Assembly: GCA_000433115.1 (NCBI GenBank)
Contig: FR892168.1
Location: forward strand, 1-32,018
Length of the DNA stretch: 32,018 bases
Direction: 5' to 3'
Origin: Ruminococcus sp. CAG:382
Lineage (GTDB): Bacteria > Bacillota > Clostridia > Oscillospirales > CAG-382
The notes below the pieces were generated by a model. That model worked only from the letters and a program-made list of their open reading frames with translations. It ran no database searches and had not been told where the DNA came from. Below are positions 1 to 7,781 of the stretch, one piece after another (position 1 is the first letter of the stretch; each line of letters starts with the position of its first letter). A program made the position numbers and the translations under genes.

Positions 1-20
1 CTTACGCTGTTCCCAAGCGT
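1..20 (-). repeat. Inverted repeat W (encodes AWEQRK), copy in expressed hsdS, second half
   Basis: The reverse complement of 1-20 (acgcttgggaacagcgtaag) is identical to 4107-4126. The match may extend past the window edge. Confidence 0.9.
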
Positions 21-663
21 CCGTAAATCCTGCAAATCGGACTTCCGGATAGGCACTTCCGTCTTTCGGAAACATCTTTTCAAGCATGGAAGCCTTAATA
101 TTCACTAATTTTGCATACTCACGCTGATGAAGGGTGATAAGGTCGCTTAGTTTGTCCAAATATCGGGCGATTGCTGCTTGTTCAGCCTTTGACGGATACA
201 CAAAATCGAGAGTTAAAAACTCATCATAGCTTATACTGCGCCCATCACGAATACCGTAAGTCACAGTTTCTAATCGTCTTATAAATTCCTTGGAAGTGAA
301 TACATATTTCCAATACTCCGAATCGTGCTTTTCAGGCTCAGAAAAGCCAAAAACCGTGTAGGCAGGCGAAGTTATGCCTTCTATTGTGGAATGAGCAAAT
401 CCTCCCTGAAAGGAACGGAGATGTATTACAAACTGCCCCGGTAATACTCTTTTATAGCCTGATTCATTCTTTTTGTCGTGGAATATATTGATGCTGTTTT
501 CATCTCTGCGAATCATTCCACGGTCTTGTGTTGCCGACAGAACAGGAAGATCGGGATATCCTTTATCAGCAGTTGAATTAAACAGTCCTTTTGACTTACG
601 CTGTTCCCAAGCATCTGTGAAACCGGCAAATCTGATAGCCGGTTTATTCATTCCGTCAGCCAT
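1..663 (-). CDS. hsdS: Type I R-M specificity subunit HsdS, expressed copy (5' part; continues past window start)
   Basis: ATG at 663, one nt after the hsdM stop (665-667). My translation: MADGMNKPAIRFAGFTDAWEQRK-[TRD]-LDKLSDLITLHQREYAKLVNIKASMLEKMFPKDGSAYPEVRFAGFTDAWEQRK. This is a typical HsdS N-terminal motif, TRD1, central helical conserved region and start of the second half. It is absent from the ORF track only because it is open at the window edge. Confidence 0.85.
   Translation of the reverse strand, partial: MADGMNKPAIRFAGFTDAWEQRKSKGLFNSTADKGYPDLPVLSATQDRGMIRRDENSINIFHDKKNESGYKRVLPGQFVIHLRSFQGGFAHSTIEGITSPAYTVFGFSEPEKHDSEYWKYVFTSKEFIRRLETVTYGIRDGRSISYDEFLTLDFVYPSKAEQAAIARYLDKLSDLITLHQREYAKLVNIKASMLEKMFPKDGSAYPEVRFAGFTDAWEQRK
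118..143 (-). repeat. Inverted repeat L (encodes LITLHQRE), expressed hsdS
   Basis: The reverse complement (accttatcacccttcatcagcgtgag, 26 bp) is identical to 4581-4606. Its first 23 bp are identical to 4029-4051. Confidence 0.9.
595..611 (-). repeat. Inverted repeat W, copy at N-terminus of expressed hsdS
   Basis: The reverse complement of 595-611 (cttgggaacagcgtaag, 17 bp) is identical to 3564-3580 and 4110-4126. Confidence 0.9.
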
Positions 664-664
664 T

Positions 665-3220
665 TTATTCACCTCCGAGCAGTTTCTTCAGTTCGAGAAG
701 TCCCTGCATATCGAAGTCGCTGCCGGTTAACTGGTCAATCATTGCGGTCAAAGAAGCCTCGGTATCGGCAATTTCTTTCTCAACATCTTCAAATGTGGTC
801 TGGTACTTTTTCGCCAATGCTTCCAATTTAGCTGTCAGTGTGTCGACGATCCGCAGAGGAAGGGCTGAAATCTCGGTTACCATTGGTTCAATCCATTTCT
901 TAGAGAGTAACGCTAATGCATCCTCTTCACTCAAAGATTCAATTGTTTTCTTGGTTGTGATCTGAAGACTTGCAGTCTTATCTTTGATATCCTTTTTCAA
1001 AGACTTTTCTTCGTTTACCAAAGCATCAACCTTTTTGAGTATAGCGAGAACTTCCGCCTCTTCGTCTTTTGCTTTGAGAGCTTTCTTAACAGCAGCCGGA
1101 ACAAATGCAGTGCTGTCGTCATTGACAAAGTCTTTGGATTTTTCGTCTTCGGGCAGTTCCTCGAGAAGGGAGTCAAAGTCGGAAGTAATAGCAGCCAAAC
1201 GATCTTCACACAACTTTAGCGCGGTAACATCATCTGACAGAAGCTCTTTCTGCACCAGTTCAAACGGCAGAACACGACCGATCCAACCTTCCTGTACCTC
1301 GGTTTCTTTGTTGTCCTTTTTCTTAATCACCATATTGGGATCAACAACCGTAATGGACTTGGTACCTTCGGTTTGGATAATTTCAAGATCTACGGCGATT
1401 TTTGCCCAGTTCTGATCAAGTATCTGATATGCCTCATAGGGATCAACCAATGGAACATCGGAAAGCCGCTTGAAAAGTTCCGTGGCAATCGTGTTTTCTT
1501 CTTTGGATACTGGTATGCGTTCCATATCCGTAATCAGCTCTTGGTTCAGATACTCCGCAAAATTACCAAACTCGGTCTTAAATTTGCTTTCAAATGCCTC
1601 TGTGTCGGCATGAGAAAGAATAAATGCTTTGATATCATCAGGAACAAACAGCAGATATCCTGCGTTCTTTTTGGAAAACAAGGAGTCCTTCAGCGTCGGG
1701 AAAGCAGTCCAGTACTCAGCGAGATCTTCAACCTCACTGACTGGAACACCTCCATACATGGAAGCATAGATATCCCAACTCTCTGCTTTTTCAGACGAGT
1801 CTACATAGCGCGGAATATTCAGATTGTAATCATTTTTCCGGACTTCATCGCGGGAAACAACGCGGGAATATTTAGCGATAGTTTTGCGCCCGGTTACGGT
1901 ATCAACGATACGCTTGATATCGGAAGCACGGAGCTTATTGTTCTTTCCAACCTTCTCAAATCCCTTGGAAGCATCAATAATCAGGATGTCTGTATTCTCC
2001 CGCTTTTGCTTCAGCACCATAATAATTGTGGGAATACCGGTGCCAAAGAAAATGTTGGCGGGCAAGCCGATGATCGCATCAATTTTGTTGTTTTCAATCA
2101 GGTGCTTGCGTATTTCGCCTTCTTCACCGCCACGGAACAAAACGCCGTGTGGAAGAACAATTGTCATAATGCCATCCGGCTTGATATGATAAAGATCGTG
2201 GAGAAGGAAAGCATAGTCGGCTTTTCCTTTCGGAGCGAGTCCGTACTCCTTGTAACGAGGTTCATTTTCTTTGTCCTGCGGGTTCCAGTTCTGCGAATAA
2301 GGCGGGTTGGAAACGACCGCGTCCACATAAAGCGGATCATAGGTGCCGACCGGATCGCTCTCGTCAAAGTACGGCCAGTCATCTTCCAATGTATCGCCGT
2401 TTCTTGTTACGATATTTGAGGGAAGGATACCACGCATTACAAGGTTCATTCGCGTAAGGTTGTATGTATTCTCCTTCAATTCCTGTGCGTAATACTTGAT
2501 TTGGTCACCGTTGCCCATGTGTTTTGCAACGCTCTTGCCGATATTGATCAGCAAGGAACCGGAGCCGCTGGTCGGATCATATATCTTGATTTCTGTACGG
2601 TCTTTCAGATGATCGGCAACGATTTCGGACATAAGTAGCGATACTTCGTGCGGGGTATAGAATTCTCCTGCCTTCTTTCCTGCGTTTGCGGCAAAGTTGG
2701 AGATCAGATACTCATAGATGAAGCCAAGAACATCGTAGTCCTGCTTTCCGTCCATGGGGATGTCTTTGATGAGGTGTATCAAATCGCTGATTGCCTTTGT
2801 CTGACTTCCGGCACCGTCTCCAAGTTTGGAAAGACCGGTTTGCAGTGTGTCAAAAATCTTTTCAAAAACCTTTTTGTGAGTTGGGTTGATCAAACGGCTG
2901 AAAGCAGAAAGAGCATCACGGACATTGCCAACATTGAAATCCGAACCCTTGGCAAGCCATGTGGAAAACAAATTCTCATAAGCTATGAAGTAACCGATTT
3001 TATTCTGTACATCCGTAACGATTTCTGTTTGATCTTCTGTTACTGCTGGAAGATCAGCATCGGTAAAGCCAAGCTCTTTCAGATATTTAACCTCTTTATC
3101 GGAAAGAAATTTATAGAAAATGAAACCGAGAATATAATCCTTATATTCGTTTGCCTCAATTTTGGAACGCATTTTATTTGCGGATTCCCAAATTTTTGCC
3201 GCCAATTGCTGTTTGTTCAT
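665..3220 (-). CDS. hsdM: Type I R-M DNA methyltransferase subunit HsdM (long form, 851 aa)
   Basis: N-terminus MNKQQLAAKIWESANKMR.. is HsdM_N-like. SAM motif I is DPTSGSGSLL and catalytic motif IV is NPPYSQNW (N6-adenine MTase). RBS AAGGAAGG lies upstream of the ATG at 3220. The C-terminal ~330 aa is a charged, helical extension. Confidence 0.9.
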   Translation of the reverse strand: MNKQQLAAKIWESANKMRSKIEANEYKDYILGFIFYKFLSDKEVKYLKELGFTDADLPAVTEDQTEIVTDVQNKIGYFIAYENLFSTWLAKGSDFNVGNVRDALSAFSRLINPTHKKVFEKIFDTLQTGLSKLGDGAGSQTKAISDLIHLIKDIPMDGKQDYDVLGFIYEYLISNFAANAGKKAGEFYTPHEVSLLMSEIVADHLKDRTEIKIYDPTSGSGSLLINIGKSVAKHMGNGDQIKYYAQELKENTYNLTRMNLVMRGILPSNIVTRNGDTLEDDWPYFDESDPVGTYDPLYVDAVVSNPPYSQNWNPQDKENEPRYKEYGLAPKGKADYAFLLHDLYHIKPDGIMTIVLPHGVLFRGGEEGEIRKHLIENNKIDAIIGLPANIFFGTGIPTIIMVLKQKRENTDILIIDASKGFEKVGKNNKLRASDIKRIVDTVTGRKTIAKYSRVVSRDEVRKNDYNLNIPRYVDSSEKAESWDIYASMYGGVPVSEVEDLAEYWTAFPTLKDSLFSKKNAGYLLFVPDDIKAFILSHADTEAFESKFKTEFGNFAEYLNQELITDMERIPVSKEENTIATELFKRLSDVPLVDPYEAYQILDQNWAKIAVDLEIIQTEGTKSITVVDPNMVIKKKDNKETEVQEGWIGRVLPFELVQKELLSDDVTALKLCEDRLAAITSDFDSLLEELPEDEKSKDFVNDDSTAFVPAAVKKALKAKDEEAEVLAILKKVDALVNEEKSLKKDIKDKTASLQITTKKTIESLSEEDALALLSKKWIEPMVTEISALPLRIVDTLTAKLEALAKKYQTTFEDVEKEIADTEASLTAMIDQLTGSDFDMQGLLELKKLLGGE

Positions 3221-3242
3221 GCGTGGCTACCTTCCTTTTTGA

Positions 3243-3479
3243 TTATTTTTTGTTTTTCGGCAAGTCTGAATTGATCAACGCCTTTTGTAAATTATCAATT
3301 GGTATATTGTTCTCATCACAGAAAGTCTTGATCTTTCTCATAGCCGCCATTTTCGGAATCGTCTTTCCGGTTTCCCACCGATTAACGGTCGCAAAGGTTA
3401 CAGAAAGCCTTTCCGCAAAGTCTCTTTGGGATAAAAGTGCTTTTTGGCGTATTATTTTTATTTCGTTCGCAACACTCAT
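3243..3479 (-). CDS. XRE-family helix-turn-helix protein, likely controller (C-protein-like) of the R-M operon
   Basis: HTH LSQRDFAERLSVTFATVNRWETGK. RBS GAGGAG lies 7 nt before the ATG at 3479 (the track ORF start at 3494 is an alternative GTG). It is first gene of the HTH-hsdM-hsdS operon. Confidence 0.75.
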   Translation of the reverse strand: MSVANEIKIIRQKALLSQRDFAERLSVTFATVNRWETGKTIPKMAAMRKIKTFCDENNIPIDNLQKALINSDLPKNKK

Positions 3480-3498
3480 TATTCTGCTCCTCACGATT

Positions 3499-3529
3499 GT
3501 ATATCAATAGTATAACACAAGTATATCAA
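3499..3529. promoter_or_regulatory. Direct repeat GTATATCAA x2 bracketing the -10 element (candidate C-box/operator)
   Basis: GTATATCAA occurs at 3499-3507 and 3521-3529, start-to-start spacing 22 bp (two helical turns), flanking the -10 hexamer. Confidence 0.4.
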
Positions 3530-3537
3530 AATTACAA
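3509..3537 (-). promoter_or_regulatory. Sigma-A type promoter of the controller-hsdM-hsdS operon
   Basis: On the minus strand: TTGTAA (3537-3532), 17-nt spacer, TGt-TATACT (extended -10, hexamer 3514-3509). It lies ~30 nt upstream of the controller RBS. Confidence 0.55.
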
Positions 3538-3554
3538 TAGCAAAACGACATTAT

Positions 3555-4636
3555 TGGCTTTTTCTTGGGAACAGCGTAAGCTCGGAGACTGCTTCGATGA
3601 ACGCAATGAAAGTATGCCAGATGGAGAATTGATTTCAGTAACCATAAACGATGGAATTAGAAAATTCTCCGAACTTGGAAGGCATGATAATTCTAATGAT
3701 GACAAATCAAAATATAAAAAAGTATGCGTCGGAGATATAGCTTATAACTCCATGCGAATGTGGCAAGGGGCAAGTGGTTATTCACCATACGAAGGCATTG
3801 TAAGCCCAGCTTATACCGTATTATCGCCCAAGACGGGGGTTGTGTCACGTTGCTTGGCATATCAATTCAAGCTACCAGAGATGATACATACTTTCCAAGT
3901 TAATTCGCAAGGAATTACATCTGATAACTGGAACTTGAAATATCCCGCTTTCAGTGAAATAGAGATTGCCGTTGCAAAACAGACCGAGGAGCAAGAACTG
4001 ATAGCATCATTTTTCACTAATCTCGACAACCTTATCACCCTTCATCAGCGTAAGTATTTTTACATGTTCACTTCGGCAGGAACCATTCGAACTTTTCAAA
4101 ATACAAACGCTTGGGAACAGCGTAAGTTTGAAGACGCCTTTATTGAACGAAGGGAAAAAACGGTAACGGAAAATGAAGATACACTCCTTTCATGCGCAAT
4201 AAACGGAATGTTTTTGAATTCGGAACTCTTTGGGCATTTTCGAGGGACGACAACCATTGGCTATTTGAAAGTGAAAAAAAACGATTTAATTTTATCTGCT
4301 CAAAACCTTCATCTTGGTAATGCAAATGTCAATTTGCGCTTTGAACACGGCATTATTTCACCTGCATATAAGGTTTATGACCTAAATAATTGTGAACCTG
4401 AATTTGTTCAGGCGTGGGTAAAAAAGGAAGATACAAAGAATTTCTTTTTGGCTGCGACAACAGAAGGTGCAAGTCAATGTCGAAAAAATATAGAATGGGA
4501 TACTCTCGGTAAACAAACTATTTGTATGCCGGCTATAAAAGAACAAGCGACAATAGGCTCATTTTTTAAGTGTGTTGACAACCTTATCACCCTTCATCAG
4601 CGTGAGCGTATTTTGCATGAAATTCAAAATAATTAG
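3555..4636 (+). CDS. hsdS: Start-less HsdS cassette (silent hsdS'): two target-recognition domains flanked by recombination repeats
   Basis: The reading frame gives ..WEQRK-TRD1'-LDNLITLHQRK-(18-aa linker)-AWEQRK-TRD2'-VDNLITLHQRERILHEIQNN*. There is no HsdS N-terminal motif, RBS or plausible start. The track start at 3437 lies in the promoter region of the opposite operon. The long central helical region present in the expressed copy is missing. Confidence 0.8.
3564..3580 (+). repeat. Inverted repeat W, silent cassette TRD1' boundary
   Basis: cttgggaacagcgtaag is an exact inverted copy of 595-611 and 1-17. Confidence 0.9.
4025..4051 (+). repeat. Repeat L, silent cassette after TRD1'
   Basis: gacaaccttatcacccttcatcagcgt is a 27-bp direct repeat of 4577-4603. 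Positions 4029-4051 are inverted relative to 121-143. Confidence 0.9.
4107..4126 (+). repeat. Inverted repeat W, silent cassette TRD2' boundary
   Basis: acgcttgggaacagcgtaag is an exact 20-bp inverted copy of 1-20. Confidence 0.9.
4577..4606 (+). repeat. Repeat L, silent cassette after TRD2'
   Basis: Direct repeat of 4025-4051. Positions 4581-4606 are an exact inverted copy of 118-143. Confidence 0.9.
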
Positions 4637-4644
4637 GGATAAAT

Positions 4645-4679
4645 ATTGGCTTTTTGCTTCCACTCAAAATCAGCGTAAG
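4645..4679 (+). repeat. Degenerate third W-type site closing the silent cassette
   Basis: attggcttttt(4645-4655)...cagcgtaag(4671-4679) mirrors attggcttttt-cttgggaa-cagcgtaag at 3553-3580. The central part has diverged. Confidence 0.6.
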
Positions 4680-4684
4680 TAAAA

Positions 4685-4716
4685 CCGCCTACGATTCAAT
4701 CACGAATCGTAGACGG
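4685..4716. terminator. Bidirectional stem-loop terminator between hsdS' cassette and repressor gene
   Basis: 13-bp stem ccgcctacgattc / gaatcgtagacgg (one mismatch) with loop aatcac. On the minus strand it is followed by TTTTACTT, downstream of the 4722 stop. Confidence 0.6.
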
Positions 4717-4721
4717 CTTTA

Positions 4722-5438
4722 CTATTCTTCCACCACTCCGAGAACTCTGCCACAGCAATAAATGCTGTCTGTCGAGCGCAACGGAATCGGTTTATATGCT
4801 GTGTTGTGCGAAATCAGGCACTTGTTGCCCAACTCTTTGATATATGCATCGCCGTTAACAATAAAGATGCCGATATCACCTTCTTCAAGCGCATCGTCTT
4901 TCACTACAAAGACGCGATCACCGCTGTGGAATGTCGGTTCCATACTGTCACCGGAGATTGGGATCACAAAGTCAGCTTGCTCCGCCTCGGACGATTCATT
5001 AACCCAAATCTTTTCGGGCAATTCGGATTCGAGAAAGTTACCGGTACCGGCTGATGCAGGAAAATCATAGAAATCTATGCCCAATTTGCGCAGCCTCGGC
5101 TTTCTGGGCTGGCTGACAAGCACGCGTTCGTATTCCGCAGCCAAAACCGAGTTTACGGCCTTCTTTCCGAAATCATCTATGTATCGGTACTTTTTTATGA
5201 TTTCCCACTCGGTTAAATTGGGCACTTCTGCTGCCGATCGATAACCAAGAAGCTGATCCGCAGATACCTCAAGGACATTGCAAATCTTCAAGAGAGTAAC
5301 GCAGTCCGGTTTTGCTCTTCCGCTTTCCCAAGTTGATACTGCCGATGGAGATTTCGCCCCAATGCGTTCGGCAAGCTCTTCCTGTTTCATATTTCTTGCA
5401 AGTCGTGCTTCTTTGATTCGTAAGCCAATAGACTTCAT
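4722..5438 (-). CDS. LexA/phage CI-like repressor: N-terminal XRE HTH + C-terminal S24 self-cleaving peptidase domain
   Basis: HTH MKQEELAERIGAKSPSAVSTWESGR. Candidate cleavage region PASAGTG. Catalytic Ser in GDSMEPTF and Lys in AYIKEL. RBS GGAGGG lies before the ATG at 5438 (the track start at 5453 is TTG). Confidence 0.85.
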   Translation of the reverse strand: MKSIGLRIKEARLARNMKQEELAERIGAKSPSAVSTWESGRAKPDCVTLLKICNVLEVSADQLLGYRSAAEVPNLTEWEIIKKYRYIDDFGKKAVNSVLAAEYERVLVSQPRKPRLRKLGIDFYDFPASAGTGNFLESELPEKIWVNESSEAEQADFVIPISGDSMEPTFHSGDRVFVVKDDALEEGDIGIFIVNGDAYIKELGNKCLISHNTAYKPIPLRSTDSIYCCGRVLGVVEE

Positions 5439-5467
5439 GACACAACCCTCCAATCTATCATAATGCT

Positions 5468-5496
5468 ATTATATCACAGTCTGAATCAAATGTCAA
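5468..5496 (-). promoter_or_regulatory. Consensus sigma-A promoter of the repressor gene
   Basis: Minus strand: TTGACA (5496-5491), 17-nt spacer, TGa-TATAAT (hexamer 5473-5468). Confidence 0.75.
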
Positions 5497-5503
5497 GAGA
5501 AAA

Positions 5504-5520
5504 CTTGAATTAAATTCAAG
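5504..5520. promoter_or_regulatory. Perfect 17-bp palindromic operator between the divergent promoters
   Basis: CTTGAATT-A-AATTCAAG has 8-bp perfect arms and sits between the two -35 boxes. A degenerate second copy (tctgaatcaaatgtcaag, ~5480-5498) overlaps the repressor promoter. Confidence 0.65.
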
Positions 5521-5528
5521 AAAACCTC

Positions 5529-5557
5529 TTGACAAATGAACCTCGTTAATGTATAAT
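5529..5557 (+). promoter_or_regulatory. Consensus sigma-A promoter of the polymerase/ImmA operon
   Basis: TTGACA (5529-5534), 17-nt spacer, TATAAT (5552-5557). Confidence 0.75.
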
Positions 5558-5613
5558 ATAATCACTTCACCGTGATTCAAGCAAAAACCGGAAAGAGAGG
5601 CATTGGCTATACC

Positions 5614-6855
5614 ATGTCAGACCGCGCAATCCTCCATATTGATATGAATAACTTCTATGCCTCGGTCGAGTGCATGATGAACCCCGACCTGAAACCGTAC
5701 CCGATTGCCGTTTGCGGCAGTCAGGAAGACCGACACGGAATCGTCCTTGCAAAGAATTACAAAGCAAAGGCGTTCGGAGTCAGTACGGGTGAAGCCATCT
5801 GGCAAGCGAAGCAGAAATGCCCGAATCTTGTTATTGTCCCTCCGCACTATGAGCAGTACATGAGATTCTCAAAGCTCGCAAGGGAGATATACGGCAGATA
5901 TACCGATCTGATTGAACCGTTCGGAATGGACGAGGTCTGGGCTGATGTTACCGGATGTCAGCGTTATATCGGCACTCCTTTGCATATTGCGAAAAAGATA
6001 AAGGAAACCATCAAGTACGAACTTGGGTTAACGGTCTCCATCGGAGTTTCCTTTAATAAGATATTTGCCAAACTCGGTTCGGATATGAAAAAGCCCGATG
6101 CTATTACCGTGATTCCGAAAGAATCTTTCAAAGAGATCGTCTGGGATCTCCCTGCATCGGATATGCTCGGCGTCGGTCGTGCAACTGAAAAGAAACTCTC
6201 GTCAGTTGGCATCCGAACAATCGGACAACTCGCGCAGTTTCCGGTCGACTTTTTTCAGAGAAGACTCGGGAAATGCGGTGTTGATATATGGCGTTTCGCC
6301 AACGGTCTTGATACATCGCCCGTCACAGTCAGGGATATTGAAGCCCCGGACAAAACCGTCGGACATGGTATGACGGCAATTCAGGACCTTGAAAATCCGG
6401 CAGAGGTCTGGAAATTCATCCTCGAACTCTGCCAAGACATAGGTCATCGGCTCTATGTCTTCAACAAGAAAGCAACAGGCATCGCAATTGCGATTCGAGA
6501 TAAAAACCTTTTTACAAAGCAGTGGCAGTGTGGACTCCCCGTTTCCACACAAAGTCCATCGGTTATTGCGAAAGAAGCCTTCTCCCTGTTTTTACACAAC
6601 TATGACTGGACACATCCGATTCGTTCGATTACGGTCAGAGCCATCAATCTCACATCGTTGGACACCCCATGTCAGCTCGACCTGTTTTCCGATCCAATCA
6701 AAGTTGCGAAAGCAGAATCTCTGGACAAAACCATTGAAAACTTGCGCTATCGCTTCGGAAAGAAAATCATCCGCAATGCCTGTCTGTTGAACAATCCGAA
6801 AATGTCGCCGCATGACAATCCCGATATTATCATGCCGACAGGAATACCCATGTAG
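5614..6855 (+). CDS. Y-family (UmuC/DinB-type) translesion DNA polymerase
   Basis: ILHIDMNNFYASVE (catalytic Asp motif), HGIVLAKNYKAK, SIGVSFNKIFAKLGSDMKKPD. The start at ATG 5614 (MSDRAILHID) is preferred over the alternative start at 5572. Confidence 0.85.
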   Translation: MSDRAILHIDMNNFYASVECMMNPDLKPYPIAVCGSQEDRHGIVLAKNYKAKAFGVSTGEAIWQAKQKCPNLVIVPPHYEQYMRFSKLAREIYGRYTDLIEPFGMDEVWADVTGCQRYIGTPLHIAKKIKETIKYELGLTVSIGVSFNKIFAKLGSDMKKPDAITVIPKESFKEIVWDLPASDMLGVGRATEKKLSSVGIRTIGQLAQFPVDFFQRRLGKCGVDIWRFANGLDTSPVTVRDIEAPDKTVGHGMTAIQDLENPAEVWKFILELCQDIGHRLYVFNKKATGIAIAIRDKNLFTKQWQCGLPVSTQSPSVIAKEAFSLFLHNYDWTHPIRSITVRAINLTSLDTPCQLDLFSDPIKVAKAESLDKTIENLRYRFGKKIIRNACLLNNPKMSPHDNPDIIMPTGIPM

Positions 6856-6865
6856 GAGGTTCAAT

Positions 6866-7135
6866 ATGCAAACGACCAAATTTGTCAAACAGCCGGTTGC
6901 TGTCAGTGTCATCGTGGAGAAGGACGGACGTGTGTTCCCCAGGAAATTTCTATGGAAGGACGGTCACACCTATAAAATTGACCGAATAACAAGAGTTGAA
7001 AGAGCCGCTTCTACCAAGGTCGGAGGATGCGGTATCCGCTACACCGTCATGGTGGAAGGACTGCCTCGATACCTGTACGATGAGGAAGGTAAATGGTTTA
7101 TGGAAGACGAGGTTGTAATCGAGGTAGATACATGA
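6866..7135 (+). CDS. Small conserved-looking hypothetical protein (89 aa), coupled to the polymerase and ImmA genes
   Basis: RBS GGAGG lies 6 nt before the ATG at 6866. Its stop overlaps the next start (ATGA at 7132-7135). I recognise no family. Confidence 0.6.
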   Translation: MQTTKFVKQPVAVSVIVEKDGRVFPRKFLWKDGHTYKIDRITRVERAASTKVGGCGIRYTVMVEGLPRYLYDEEGKWFMEDEVVIEVDT

Positions 7136-7776
7136 TCATAGGTACAAAAGCCGAGTTTGAACAACTCGCCGACTTCATTCTCCGGGATTATCTCGGAAAT
7201 ACCTATGACGGCTATGATCCACTTGACATTCAAGCCTTCGCCAAAGACTACTTAAAACTCGATATCTCTTATTTTGCCTTTGACCCTGACACAGGGATCG
7301 AAGGAATGCGGACAGGAAATCAGATCATTCTCGACGACAGGCTGCTTGATGACAAGAAAGCCGGTGAGCGAAACTTCACGATTGCTCACGAGTGCGGACA
7401 CGATCTGATCAACTGGCAGGATCCTACCTATTCTCCGCAAACGGTTGTGAATTACCGCATCAAAAGTTCACGCAAAAGCCTTGTGACGGAAGATGATTTC
7501 AAGGAATGGCAAGCAAATGTGGTAGCCTCCTGTCTTCTGCTCCGTCCGAATCTTGTCGGCTGGTCTATGTTCACCTTTATGCGCAAAGATAAAGTGACTG
7601 TGTTTGACGAACATTATTTGTATCCGGAAGACCGCTATCGACTACGGATGATGGCGTGTTATCTCGGAGTATCTCAAACCTGCCTTTTATATCGCCTTGA
7701 TCGGTTGAACATGGTTGATCACAAACCATTTAAAGAATATGACCTGCTGACGGCATCGTTCTTTAATTGGAGGTGA
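7132..7776 (+). CDS. ImmA/IrrE-family zinc metallopeptidase (anti-repressor protease type)
   Basis: HEXXH motif in FTIAHECGHDLINW. Size and context fit the family. The ATG at 7132 overlaps the upstream stop. Confidence 0.7.
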   Translation: MIIGTKAEFEQLADFILRDYLGNTYDGYDPLDIQAFAKDYLKLDISYFAFDPDTGIEGMRTGNQIILDDRLLDDKKAGERNFTIAHECGHDLINWQDPTYSPQTVVNYRIKSSRKSLVTEDDFKEWQANVVASCLLLRPNLVGWSMFTFMRKDKVTVFDEHYLYPEDRYRLRMMACYLGVSQTCLLYRLDRLNMVDHKPFKEYDLLTASFFNWR

Positions 7777-7781
7777 TAACA

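Noticed and set aside
984-3274. Plus-strand ORFs inside the hsdM region (984-1415, 1373-2419 at 348 aa, 1884-2189, 2648-3274)
   Set aside because: They are antisense shadows of a gene with unambiguous HsdM motifs. The sequences are low-complexity and motif-free, with no RBS.
3437-3554. Track start (3437) of the plus-strand hsdS' ORF
   Set aside because: The first ~40 codons (MLFGVLFLFRSQHSLFCSS..) overlap the start of the controller gene and its promoter on the opposite strand, and have no HsdS similarity or RBS. Homology starts only at WEQRK (~3564).
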